DNA of 64,000 bases, taken from an uncultured virus (IMG/VR IMGVR_UViG_3300028396_000003). Taxonomy: Duplodnaviria; Heunggongvirae; Uroviricota; Caudoviricetes. The notes beneath the pieces are model-generated. The model did not search any database, was not told where the DNA came from, and was given only the letters and a program-made list of their open reading frames with translations. The position numbers and the translations under genes are program-made. The stretch lies in the IMG/VR virus record IMGVR_UViG_3300028396_000003. The stretch is one strand, 5' to 3'. Of the stretch, positions 1 to 10,105 are shown one piece after another; the first letter of the stretch is position 1; every line of letters begins with the position of its first letter.

Positions 1-3000
1 CTTCAATTGTTTCGGCAAGTTGGTCCTCAATAACCTTATCAGCACCTACAGTACCAATACGATATGATTTACCGATATACTTACCATTGTATGTTGAACC
101 TGTTTGAACATCTCTTCTAACCGCATCAATAATAAAGCCTGCATCTCTTGCGCATTTCGCTTCATCAAATGTGTAGTTATTATCTCGTACGAATTGAATA
201 ATCTCTTCTTGGATAAACGTTCTGTTCCATTGTAGAGATTTACGTGCGAATGTTCTAGCAGGATCCATTTTTGGTTTAGTTAGTAAGTTCTCTGTAGGCA
301 ATGCCTTAGGAGTTTTCTGACTAATATCTAATGAACCTCTGTAATCTGGAATTACTAATCTGTCATCAACAATATTCGCTATAACCATTGCTAGGTCAGA
401 TGCGATTGTTCCTGTTGCAGTATCAGCAGCTTGAAGTGATACATCTTGGTATAGGATGTTACCATCAATTTCTGAAATCGCGTCAGTTAAAGCAGATACG
501 AATGTATGAGCTCCGGTATATGCTCCAGCATTTCCAACCCACATAGTAATCGTTGTTGCATCAGCACCAATAATTGGGCATGCTCTGTTATAGAAGCGAT
601 GATGTGCTTCAGGGCTTGCATGGTTAGTTGGTCCTGATCCTGTATCACAAGAGAACGTAATTGCACTTGGTTTGAACCAAACGTAATCGTCTGTTGTTAA
701 TGAGTGAGTACCAATGGTAGCAACCATAATACCTGTAACAGGATCGTATGTTGCGCCAGTTGGAGTAAATCTTGCTCCAAAGATTGGTTCTTGAACTTCG
801 TTCTTAACAACTTTTTCCATTACACTCGCTAGGTGAGTAAATGCTAGTCTTGTTGGTTCTCTCTGATATTGTGGTAATACGTTAATAGCACCTTCAAAGT
901 AGTATCTTGCATTGAATATTGTAGCAGAGTCTCCGCCATATTCTAAGTCTTCTGAGATCGCGTCAACAATGTAACCTGTATCTCTTGGACATTTCTCTAG
1001 GCTGTACGCTAGGCCGTTATATTGTTCTGAAATATACTCGTTGATTTCAGTTTGGTATTTAACAGCTTGACCTTTGATTGCTTCAAACTCTGCACCTAAT
1101 GTATAGTTTGCAGTGAAAGTATCAAACGCTGGTTCTACGATAGCAGGAATTGTGCCATCATTTTCTCTGATAACACCACCAACATCTGCGAATAATTTTT
1201 CAGCATGTTGAGCAACTGCAGGTTTAATAGATCTTCTAACACCGTCAGCTAATGCGCTTACGAATGAATGTACCTTATCAACTCTAGCTTCACCAACTTG
1301 TAATGTAATAGTTGTTGGAGTAACTGAGTCAATTCTAACTGGTTTGTTGTAGATTGGATCAGTTGGTCTAGGATGCGATATGTTAATTGGTGTGGCATCA
1401 GTTGGTGATGTTGGGCAAGATAGTGTAATCGCGTTCTCTGCAAAGATTACATAATCCTTTTCAGTAAACGAGTGAGTACCCAATGTCATTGTCATAACGC
1501 CAGTATTATGATCGTATGCAACGTCTGTTGGTGTATAAGCCTCTGCCATATTTGCTACATTCACTGCATCAGCAGTAACCGATACAAATGTATGTACAGT
1601 TTGTGGCTCATGTTTGATTGCATTAGCGGTTGCACTTACGAATGTATGTACTGAACCACTTGCGCTTCCTGCATCACCTACGTTAAATGTCATTGTACCA
1701 GTTTGGCGTCTGATTGAATTAGCAGTTGCTGATACGAATATATGAGCACCATTATATGGAGATGGTCCAACATTTAATTTGAATGTATCAGTTGTAACAT
1801 CTGAAATTTCTAACCAACGATTAGATGCAAAATCAGTTGCCCTTGGATAACCTTTTTCAACCGTGTTACCATCAAGTACGCATGTATATGTTAACCCGTA
1901 ATCAGCAATCATTACATAATCGCCATTACTAAATCCGTGATTAGCAACTGTGATTGTTGTATCTCCACTTGCTGGGCTATGAACCGCGTTTGTTGGCGTA
2001 TGTTGTGTTTCACCTACTGCAGTAATTGATAATGATTTGCCAGTTAATGGATCTCCAACTCTTGGATATGTATGCTGAGTTGCGTTACCATCTTGATCGC
2101 ATGTGAATGTAAACGAGTTATTTTCTAGAACAACACCGTTTCCAACTCTTAATCCATGTTGACCAACATTAACTATCATTACACCAGTTGCCGCATCATA
2201 GTTAGCAGATGTTGGTGTAAAGTATTTGTTAGGGCCAGAGGCTGCAGCGTCTAGTGTAACTGTGTTTGCACTTACATCTTTAACCAAATATGTTTTTAAT
2301 GCGTATGGATCAAGTCCTGCACGAGGATATGTTTTAGCAGCATCATCACCGTCCATTGCACAAGTGAATGTGAATGAATTTGGTTCCAATGTAACTCTAT
2401 CATTAAGTGCAATGCTGTGTCCCGGCATAGTCATTACGAAATCGCCATTAGCAGGATCGTAAGATGCAGTTGTTGGTGTGTATGTTGTTGTTTCAACAAT
2501 AGTTTGAGTTACCGCAACTTGTAGTGGAGTAACAACTTCGTTTCTAACAATTTGACCAACTAAATCTGATGCGAAGAAGAATGCTTCCGATGTTGGAACA
2601 ATTTCTTCATCATCTAATACTGGAATTGCATTTTCAAAATATAGTTTAGAGTTTGTTGCGCTTAACGCGTTTGAACCGTTTTGTACATCCCAAGCGATGA
2701 GGTCAACAAAGATACCCATATCTCTTTCGCATGCAACAGTGTTATATACAAAGTTTGGATAGTTGGCTGTAATCCACGCAATGATTTCTTTTTGGATAAA
2801 CGCTTTGTTAGTAAATATTGCTTTACCTGCTTGACGATGTTCTGGTGATATTGTTAAGTCACCGTATATTGGTGCATCAGCGCCAGCAATACCGTTTGAC
2901 ATAATATCAATAACAGTATCAAAGGCAGCATTGGATCTTGTGATCGCTGTTGCATCAGTTAATACGTCAGTTGCGATTTTACCTTTGAGCCAAGTGATAG

Positions 3001-6000
3001 CACCAACAGTTTGAGTTAACTGTTCGTTAATTACCGCATTAGCACCTACAGTACCAATTGTGTAACCTTTACCTACATAGTAAGCGTTAACAGTTGAGTC
3101 AGTTAGAATATCTCTAGCAACCGCATCTAAAATTAAACCTGTATCTCTAGAACATTTAGCGTTGTCATAGACGAAGTAGTTATTTTCCATCCATAGTTTA
3201 ACTTCGTTCTGAAGATATGATTTGTTTTTCTGTAGAATACGAGAAGCGTATGTACCTTGTTCTTTTGCACCAACCTGTACAACCGCACCTTCATCAGCAC
3301 TTACGAATGTATGTGGATCAGTGTTAGTTCCTGCATTTCCGCAGTTTACTGTGATTGTGTTTGTTGTCACTGCACTAATTTCTAATGGTAATTGATAAGC
3401 CTTATCACCAATACGTGGTGAGTAATCAGTACCACCGCCATTATGAGCACAGCTGAATGCAAAGCTTAATGGTTGTAATTCAATATGATCGCCGAGACCC
3501 ATACCGTGGTCAGTAATAGTAATAACCATCTCGCCACTTACTGGGTCGTATGTAGCTGTTTCTGGTGTAAAGGCTTTAATAACTCTAGCAGAGTCTGAGA
3601 AGAATAATGCGTTTGAGTCGATTGAGTCTGGGGTTGCCGATACGAATGTATGGTTGTTTGCATGCCCACCAGCATTACCAACATTAACAGTAATTGTGTC
3701 TGATGTTGTTCCAGTAACTCTTACCGGTTCTTTATATGCAGGGTGGTCATTTAGTGGTGAAAGGTCTGTACCTGTTATACCACCAACATCACAACTAAAT
3801 ACCATTGACTCAGGTGCGATTTGGATCCATTTACCAACCGGTAAATCGTGTTTCCCAATAGTAATTTCTAACTCACCAGTTACTGGGCTATATGTAGCTG
3901 TCTGAGGAGTAAATTTACCAGTCCACATTCCTGCTTCACGTATTGCATTAGTAGTTGCTGATACGAAAGTATGTGCCGATGTATCACTTGACTCACCAAC
4001 ATTAACAGTAATTGTTGTTGAAGTTCTTGCAGAGATTGTAACTGGCTTTTTATATGCAGGGTGCATTTTTTCAGCTTGGATACAATTATCAGATGCACTT
4101 ACGAATGTATGAGCACCGCCGCCATCAACAATTCCACCTACATTCATATAGATTTTTGTTGCGTCAACTTTTTCAATAGTGATTTGTTTCTTATAGAAAG
4201 GGTGATGTGATTCTGGCGCAGGGTGGTTTGTTACATCACCATCAAGTGCGCAAGTAAAGATAATTGAACTTGGTTTAAATTCAACCTTATCACCAACCTT
4301 CAGCGTATGTGCACCAATAGTTGCGCTAAACTCACCAGTTGCCACATCGTATGAAGCGTCTGTTGGAGTAAAGTTTAAGAATTGAGTAGCAGGATAAGCA
4401 TGCTTTGTTGCATTGCCATCAAGTGCACATGTAAATACTAAACTATGTGGTTCAATATAAATTTCATCGCCAATGTTAAAGTCATTAGAACCAATCGTCA
4501 TAACAACTGAACCTGTTGCAGGGTCATATACAGCGTTAGTTGGTGTATATTTTTTACCGTTGTTATTTAGTAATCTTGACATTTCATCAAAAGAAGCATT
4601 TGATCTATCAATAGCAATTGAGTTATCACCAATAAATGTGGCAGCCCTTGCTTTTAAATAATCAATAGAACCAACAGTTTGTTCTAACTGTTCAGTAACA
4701 CTTACCTCACCAGATTTAGTACGGTAAGCAGCGCCAGTTTGAATTGCATTATAGTTTGTACCAAGGATTAAGTCACGTTGTACTGCAGGTAAAATATATT
4801 CTTCAGTATCTCTGTGGCATTTTTTGCTATCGTAGAAATACCATTCGTTATCTGCCCATTCCATCATGTAGTCTTGGATATATTCTTTATTTGCTTGTAG
4901 CATTTTACGTGCGTTACGTTTATCTACAGATATACCAGAGTTATCAGAATATGTCAATAGTTGTCCGATAACTGATACTGCATTATCTTTAGCTTCAACA
5001 AATCTATGTTCGAAGTTAGCAGCCGTCAGTCCTGGGTTAACCGTGATAGTCTTAGCTGACACAGCAACGATTGGAAGCGCAGCCAAGTAAGCTTTTTCTG
5101 ATTTGCGTGGATGGCTAATTTTTGTTTTAAAGTTATCACTTGAACATGTGAATGTAAATGATTCTTCAGCAAGGTTAACATATCGGCCAACAGTTAAATC
5201 GTGTGTACCGATAGTGATAACCATCATACCAGTTGTTGGGTCGTACGTAGCCTTAGTTGGTGTATATTTGTCGCCTGAGTTTGCAATCGTATCAATAACG
5301 TTATTAAATGCAGAGTAAGCCGATGTAGCTGCTGGTGCAGAGTTGGCTTGAATTAATTCGTCAGTTGTTTTGCGTAATCTCTTAAACGAAGCGATTGTTT
5401 CGTTGCGTTGGTTTTCAAGGCTTGTTCTTGCAGTGTTAACATAATATGCTAATCCAGCGTTTTCAGAATTATAATTTGTATCTAACAACATGTCGTATTT
5501 AACGGCAGGTAAGATATATTCCTGAACATCGCGCTCACACTTAACACTATCGTAAGCATAGAACTCGTCGTTATTGTCGATCCAATCAACAAAATCATTA
5601 ATGATTAAATCTCTGTTAGATTGAACAAGTTCTCTAGCAGCCGTTTGGTCAGACTTACCAGTATCTGAGAAGATAATTGGTTCAGCCGCAGCCTCGCCAT
5701 TTTGTAAAATGTTAAGAGTTTCATCAAGTGATGTGTTAATTCTGTTCGTTAACTCAGAAGATGCGTTTGCAAAAATACCACCTGCTGAGCTGGCGATAGA
5801 GTCTTTAAGATGGTTAATAGAACCAACAGTTTCAGTTAATTGCTCATCAACTACAAGATATGAAATTGGTGAACGGTATGAAATACCATTTAACCGACCC
5901 CAGTAGTTACCTTTTGTAGCAATATCGTAACCAGTGTTATCAACGATAATTCCTGTATCACGGAAACATTTATCAGCATTATAACCTTGATAACCCAAAC

Positions 6001-8422
6001 CACCAGACGCAGTGTTTGATGTCAAGTAGTAAACCATATCATCAACAATTTCGTCTGCCTTTTCTGTCAATACGTCTGCGAATGCAGAGTTAGCAATCAA
6101 GTTACTTTGATTTGCCTCGGCTGGTCGAATAATAACAGTTGAACCACGAGCACGCATTGAAATGTCACCGAACTGAGAACCTGAGTTGTTCAAAGTCATT
6201 TGACCACCATCTAAGGCGAAGAACGCTTGGCGTGTAAAGATTGATAATGAACCAATACCGTTAACACCAGCACCGTTTTTAGCAACGTATCCTGTACCAT
6301 TTTGAGTACGAGGTGTAAAACCAAAACATAATACGTATGTATATAGTGAGTCGGTATCAAGTTGTGCTCTGTCTGCTAATAGACAACCGCCGCCTCGACC
6401 AACTAATCTGTTAGGGAAATCATCAATACCAATTGACTCGATAGTACCTGAACCACCACGTTGTGCGTATAGAACATCTCCAACTTCAACGTTGCCTTTT
6501 AGGTTACGAACATAAATTTGTCTGTTTGCATCAATATCATCGATGTATGATACATAACCTGTTGCACCGCTTGAGAATGTTACCTCATCGTCAACTTCGA
6601 ATTGAGATTGCGCAGAGTGACCTGCTACTAAATAGAATTCTTGACCTAAATCAAGGATGGTACCTTTAGAGTTAAATGGATTTAACGGAGGTTCAACATC
6701 AAGTCTATTAAAGTTTGAAAGCTGAGTAGAGTCACGAAGATATGGTGAACGTCTTAGTAGAGCACCCGGTCTGTAAGCGATAGCAAAACCACCTTCAGGT
6801 TGGTCAAAGTTATCAACTTCAAAGTTCATATATGAGAAACCTTGTACATAACAACCAGATCCAACAAGAACACCATTTGTTCTTTCGTATCCTTTTTTCT
6901 TTTGAATAACAGTAGCATACTGACCAGCGGTTGATGTCATGGAACAATCATCAGGTAGCATAATTGGTTCATCAACATAGTAAGTACCGGGACCTACTGA
7001 AATGTGAACAGCATCATTAATTGCGTTACGGTTATATGATCCACCAGCTTTTTCTAAAGCGATTTGTTCAGCACGCTTTAGCGTACGAACTGGCTGTAAA
7101 ATAGTTCCTGGGTATTTGTCGTCACCATCTGAAGCAACATGTACTTTAAGTGATTTTTCTGTTTTCTTAGAAAATTCTTGATACAACTGACGATAAGTCA
7201 TTTTCTCTGTATCGCCAGTCTTGACGTTTTTCAGAGCAAAGTAACTATCTTCATCAAGCATTGGCTCAAATTGTTTAGTAATGTTCATATCAAAGTCGAC
7301 AAAAGTACTTTCTTCGATTGTCGAATTAGATACCACACCGTCTTTAAATTCTGAGTTTTCAATAACAGATTTTTGTTGGCCAAGTCCTTCAGTAGATGAA
7401 CTTGTGATAGTCATATTCTGAGCAGTTACATTATCCAAAGTACCTTGGAATGACGAGTCAGTAATAACGTTATTAGCAAGTGTACCATCTTGGATTGTAG
7501 TATTAGTAAATACGTTATTATTACCAGTACCATCAGAGAAATCTGAGTTTGTAATGCTAGTATTATTAGCAGTGCTATCGTTAAGTTGTGAATTCGTAAT
7601 AACGATATTGTTCGCTGTTGAGTCAATGATAGATGAGTTACTTGTTACAGTATCCCAAATCAGACCATTAGCAAATCTTGAGTTTGTAATTGTTACGTTA
7701 TCTAAATCAGTATCACGGATATCGGAATTAGAAATATCTGTATCAACGATAGTAACATTTGATACTGCAGTGTCTCTAATTGTACCATTGCTAAAGTCAG
7801 TAGTAATAATTACTGAGTTTGACATTAATGCATCTTCGAGAACAATTTCGTCAATCGTAATATTAGTAAGGATTAAGCCATTCGCTGTACCTTGTTCAAT
7901 AGCAACGTTCGCAAAGGATGAGTTATCAACTTGCGAATTAGTAAAGATATTATTATTGCCGGTTCCATTAGAAAAATCGGATTGGTCAATCGCCATGTTA
8001 TTGGCAGAACTATTAAGGATTGTTGAGTCGTCAATAGTTGAATTAGTTAAAACAACATTGTTACCAGTACCATCATTAAACTCAGAATCAGTAATTACTG
8101 AATTCGTAATAACAAAGTTATTAGCATCAGAGTCTCTTAGATCTAATTCAGTACCAAAGCTTCCAAGTAAGGAACCGCCAGAGAATACAGAGTCGTTTAT
8201 TTCAACATCATTGAGAGTTGAAACCGACATAATGACGTTTGAAATAGTTCCGCCAGTAATTTTAATATTGTTGAAAATCTCGAATTGTAACGCTTGAACC
8301 AGTTCTTTACGTGTGATGTTCTTTGTACCATCATCACCTTGGATCAAGTTAACAATAACGAAAAGATCCTCAGATCTTGTATTGGCGCCTGTTATCGGAC
8401 CGAGTTCTGAAATCAATGACAT
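1..8422 (-). CDS. Giant virion structural / tail-fibre-like repeat protein (>2,807 aa, 3' end beyond the window edge)
   Basis: ATG at 8422 (MSLISELGPITGANTRSEDLF...). Spot checks at 5980, 3160, 2482, 1648 and the left edge are all in the same frame. It is absent from the ORF track, presumably because no stop lies in the window. N-terminal Asn/Ser/Thr/Asp beta-solenoid-like repeats, a pectin-lyase-like start motif (VHVASDGDDKYPGT...VGPGTYY), 7 CxRD helical repeats and about 10 TPTxAxYDPxTG...HTFVSA repeats. Late promoter upstream. Confidence 0.85.
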   Translation of the reverse strand, partial: MSLISELGPITGANTRSEDLFVIVNLIQGDDGTKNITRKELVQALQFEIFNNIKITGGTISNVIMSVSTLNDVEINDSVFSGGSLLGSFGTELDLRDSDANNFVITNSVITDSEFNDGTGNNVVLTNSTIDDSTILNSSANNMAIDQSDFSNGTGNNNIFTNSQVDNSSFANVAIEQGTANGLILTNITIDEIVLEDALMSNSVIITTDFSNGTIRDTAVSNVTIVDTDISNSDIRDTDLDNVTITNSRFANGLIWDTVTSNSSIIDSTANNIVITNSQLNDSTANNTSITNSDFSDGTGNNNVFTNTTIQDGTLANNVITDSSFQGTLDNVTAQNMTITSSSTEGLGQQKSVIENSEFKDGVVSNSTIEESTFVDFDMNITKQFEPMLDEDSYFALKNVKTGDTEKMTYRQLYQEFSKKTEKSLKVHVASDGDDKYPGTILQPVRTLKRAEQIALEKAGGSYNRNAINDAVHISVGPGTYYVDEPIMLPDDCSMTSTAGQYATVIQKKKGYERTNGVLVGSGCYVQGFSYMNFEVDNFDQPEGGFAIAYRPGALLRRSPYLRDSTQLSNFNRLDVEPPLNPFNSKGTILDLGQEFYLVAGHSAQSQFEVDDEVTFSSGATGYVSYIDDIDANRQIYVRNLKGNVEVGDVLYAQRGGSGTIESIGIDDFPNRLVGRGGGCLLADRAQLDTDSLYTYVLCFGFTPRTQNGTGYVAKNGAGVNGIGSLSIFTRQAFFALDGGQMTLNNSGSQFGDISMRARGSTVIIRPAEANQSNLIANSAFADVLTEKADEIVDDMVYYLTSNTASGGLGYQGYNADKCFRDTGIIVDNTGYDIATKGNYWGRLNGISYRSPISYLVVDEQLTETVGSINHLKDSIASSAGGIFANASSELTNRINTSLDETLNILQNGEAAAEPIIFSDTGKSDQTAARELVQSNRDLIINDFVDWIDNNDEFYAYDSVKCERDVQEYILPAVKYDMLLDTNYNSENAGLAYYVNTARTSLENQRNETIASFKRLRKTTDELIQANSAPAATSAYSAFNNVIDTIANSGDKYTPTKATYDPTTGMMVITIGTHDLTVGRYVNLAEESFTFTCSSDNFKTKISHPRKSEKAYLAALPIVAVSAKTITVNPGLTAANFEHRFVEAKDNAVSVIGQLLTYSDNSGISVDKRNARKMLQANKEYIQDYMMEWADNEWYFYDSKKCHRDTEEYILPAVQRDLILGTNYNAIQTGAAYRTKSGEVSVTEQLEQTVGSIDYLKARAATFIGDNSIAIDRSNASFDEMSRLLNNNGKKYTPTNAVYDPATGSVVMTIGSNDFNIGDEIYIEPHSLVFTCALDGNATKHAYPATQFLNFTPTDASYDVATGEFSATIGAHTLKVGDKVEFKPSSIIFTCALDGDVTNHPAPESHHPFYKKQITIEKVDATKIYMNVGGIVDGGGAHTFVSASDNCIQAEKMHPAYKKPVTISARTSTTITVNVGESSDTSAHTFVSATTNAIREAGMWTGKFTPQTATYSPVTGELEITIGKHDLPVGKWIQIAPESMVFSCDVGGITGTDLSPLNDHPAYKEPVRVTGTTSDTITVNVGNAGGHANNHTFVSATPDSIDSNALFFSDSARVIKAFTPETATYDPVSGEMVITITDHGMGLGDHIELQPLSFAFSCAHNGGGTDYSPRIGDKAYQLPLEISAVTTNTITVNCGNAGTNTDPHTFVSADEGAVVQVGAKEQGTYASRILQKNKSYLQNEVKLWMENNYFVYDNAKCSRDTGLILDAVARDILTDSTVNAYYVGKGYTIGTVGANAVINEQLTQTVGAITWLKGKIATDVLTDATAITRSNAAFDTVIDIMSNGIAGADAPIYGDLTISPEHRQAGKAIFTNKAFIQKEIIAWITANYPNFVYNTVACERDMGIFVDLIAWDVQNGSNALSATNSKLYFENAIPVLDDEEIVPTSEAFFFASDLVGQIVRNEVVTPLQVAVTQTIVETTTYTPTTASYDPANGDFVMTMPGHSIALNDRVTLEPNSFTFTCAMDGDDAAKTYPRAGLDPYALKTYLVKDVSANTVTLDAAASGPNKYFTPTSANYDAATGVMIVNVGQHGLRVGNGVVLENNSFTFTCDQDGNATQHTYPRVGDPLTGKSLSITAVGETQHTPTNAVHSPASGDTTITVANHGFSNGDYVMIADYGLTYTCVLDGNTVEKGYPRATDFASNRWLEISDVTTDTFKLNVGPSPYNGAHIFVSATANSIRRQTGTMTFNVGDAGSASGSVHTFVSATANAIKHEPQTVHTFVSVTADAVNVANMAEAYTPTDVAYDHNTGVMTMTLGTHSFTEKDYVIFAENAITLSCPTSPTDATPINISHPRPTDPIYNKPVRIDSVTPTTITLQVGEARVDKVHSFVSALADGVRRSIKPAVAQHAEKLFADVGGVIRENDGTIPAIVEPAFDTFTANYTLGAEFEAIKGQAVKYQTEINEYISEQYNGLAYSLEKCPRDTGYIVDAISEDLEYGGDSATIFNARYYFEGAINVLPQYQREPTRLAFTHLASVMEKVVKNEVQEPIFGARFTPTGATYDPVTGIMVATIGTHSLTTDDYVWFKPSAITFSCDTGSGPTNHASPEAHHRFYNRACPIIGADATTITMWVGNAGAYTGAHTFVSALTDAISEIDGNILYQDVSLQAADTATGTIASDLAMVIANIVDDRLVIPDYRGSLDISQKTPKALPTENLLTKPKMDPARTFARKSLQWNRTFIQEEIIQFVRDNNYTFDEAKCARDAGFIIDAVRRDVQTGSTYNGKYIGKSYRIGTVGADKVIEDQLAETIE

Positions 8423-8457
8423 TATTGAGTACCTTCTTAGTATCTACTATTTCTTTT

Positions 8458-8465
8458 TATTTATA
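8458..8465 (-). promoter_or_regulatory. T4-type late promoter TATAAATA
   Basis: Exact consensus about 35 nt upstream of the giant ORF start; gp55 is encoded in the window. Confidence 0.8.
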
Positions 8466-8504
8466 AAAAAATTAGCAGGATTATACGTGTCTAAATCTAT
8501 TTAT

Positions 8505-9023
8505 TTACTCTGTTTTCCAGAGCACAAAATTATCTATAGCATCCCTATCAACATATTTTCTTTCGCGTAAAATATTAGACTGATAATCGTTTACTTCTTG
8601 TTCGTTATTTAATACGGTACCGTCAGCACCTTTGGCGAACCACCATTTATTACCATCATACTGAACAGTTTGAAATACTTCAAGTTCAGCCTTTGTTCCT
8701 TCAACTAATGAATTACCATTTTTAGTTAATCTATATACATCTGTTGGGTCAAAGTCAGCATTTCTTTCTAGGATATCTGGGTTCCTATAAACCATATGAA
8801 GAGTTTTAAGAGTATTCCTGCGGTTCATTCCAGCATCATACGGGTCTCCAAACTCAGTACATAATTCTTTTATTCTGTTATCAAATTCTTCATCATTTCT
8901 AACATACGAACATCCGGCTTCGTATCCTTCGATATTATTTGCAACTACATATCTTTCGTAATATGCTCGACCAACATCACACCATCCCATATCGGCATCG
9001 TTCATCATTCTTTTAATATCCAT
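8505..9023 (-). CDS. Hypothetical protein (172 aa) downstream of the adhesin
   Basis: ORF translationally coupled to the upstream Gly-rich gene; no motif recognised. Confidence 0.7.
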   Translation of the reverse strand: MDIKRMMNDADMGWCDVGRAYYERYVVANNIEGYEAGCSYVRNDEEFDNRIKELCTEFGDPYDAGMNRRNTLKTLHMVYRNPDILERNADFDPTDVYRLTKNGNSLVEGTKAELEVFQTVQYDGNKWWFAKGADGTVLNNEQEVNDYQSNILRERKYVDRDAIDNFVLWKTE

Positions 9024-10102
9024 TAGTCTCTACCCCACACAGTACCGTTGTTTGTTACGCTAACTTGCCCGTTATCAGTAGTAATTTCAAATGCAAGACC
9101 ACCTGCGCCACCGTCACCGCCACAATTACCGCCAGAAGCACCCCAGCCGCCACCACCTGCACCATGTCCAGTTCCGCCACCGCCACCTGCATTGTTTGCG
9201 GCACCACCAACTCTACCTGTTGTGTCTCTACTTCCACCACCGCCTGCGCCGCCATCACCCGGAAGTACACGACCGCCACCGCCACCAGAACCAGAGTCAA
9301 CTTTGTTTCCTTTACCAGAACCATTGTCCCAGCCGCCTCCGCCGGCACCTGCGCCGCCACCTTTACCACCACCAGCATCGCTATCGTCTGGAGCATCAGC
9401 ACCTTTTGTATTTAATGCGCCACCAGCACCTGGGTTTCCGGCTGCACGATATCCTGTACCACCTGCGCCACCGCCAGCTCCACCGCCACCACCAGCACCA
9501 AGTTCACCTCCACCGGAACTACCACCGCCACCACCTGCAGCGACATAAGCGTCTGCTTCATTAATAAAAGTAATTGGTGATACGTTACCAATTTTTATAG
9601 CAGGTCCACCTGCTCCACCGTTGGTTACTTGACCTGCGTTAATTGTTCCGCCACCGCCTCGACCACCTTTACCTATAATGATACCTTTGTTACGAAAGAT
9701 TATATTACCTGTCATAGTGTCAGGAATAATTAATCCACCTTTGCTAGTATCATCTGACCAAAGCCAATAGTCTGCAGGTAATGTAATATCATAAAAACCA
9801 CCTTCGTCTCTATAACCCATAGCAAATAGTGCATCCCATAGGTTGCATTCTTTGATATTATATTTGCTATTAATTTGAGTTTCAGATATTGGAATCCATT
9901 GATCTTCAGTAACAAATCTAATACCAGATTTGCCATAAAAATCGCTAAATTTAATTGTGCCTGATTGTGGTAAACCTATGCCGGGAGGTAAGGTTCTGTA
10001 CTCACTAAGTTGATAGGGAGTTTGGTTTAATGTACCACCAAGTGGTTTAAACTCGTCGTGTATTTCTGTAAACGTAAGCGGTCCGCTGCTCTTAATAGTC
10101 AT
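9023..10102 (-). CDS. Glycine-rich tail fibre tip adhesin, T2/S16 gp38-like
   Basis: IIGKGGRGGGG...GGAGGPAIKI...YVAAGGGGG, many poly-Gly runs and terminal NNGTVWG resemble the gp38 polyglycine-II architecture; lies directly after an S74-containing fibre. Confidence 0.7.
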   Translation of the reverse strand: MTIKSSGPLTFTEIHDEFKPLGGTLNQTPYQLSEYRTLPPGIGLPQSGTIKFSDFYGKSGIRFVTEDQWIPISETQINSKYNIKECNLWDALFAMGYRDEGGFYDITLPADYWLWSDDTSKGGLIIPDTMTGNIIFRNKGIIIGKGGRGGGGTINAGQVTNGGAGGPAIKIGNVSPITFINEADAYVAAGGGGGSSGGGELGAGGGGGAGGGAGGTGYRAAGNPGAGGALNTKGADAPDDSDAGGGKGGGAGAGGGGWDNGSGKGNKVDSGSGGGGGRVLPGDGGAGGGGSRDTTGRVGGAANNAGGGGGTGHGAGGGGWGASGGNCGGDGGAGGLAFEITTDNGQVSVTNNGTVWGRD

Positions 10103-10105
10103 GGC

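Noticed and set aside
500..5300. Recurring ACGAATGTATG-like nucleotide repeats as a possible CRISPR array or DGR template
   Set aside because: They are irregularly spaced, degenerate at third codon positions and encode HTFVSA protein repeats; no cas or reverse transcriptase gene was seen.
1258..7626. Many short ORFs suggesting a non-coding or degraded region
   Set aside because: They are explained by one giant minus-strand ORF with no stop inside the window.
7554..8297. 247-aa + strand ORF
   Set aside because: Antisense to the repetitive N-terminus of the giant minus-strand ORF.
9048..9564. Pro-rich, Thr-rich and His-rich + strand ORFs and a local GC-rich patch
   Set aside because: These are antisense shadows of the GGN/GCN codons of the Gly-rich adhesin; no promoter or SD seen, and no sign of a foreign insertion.
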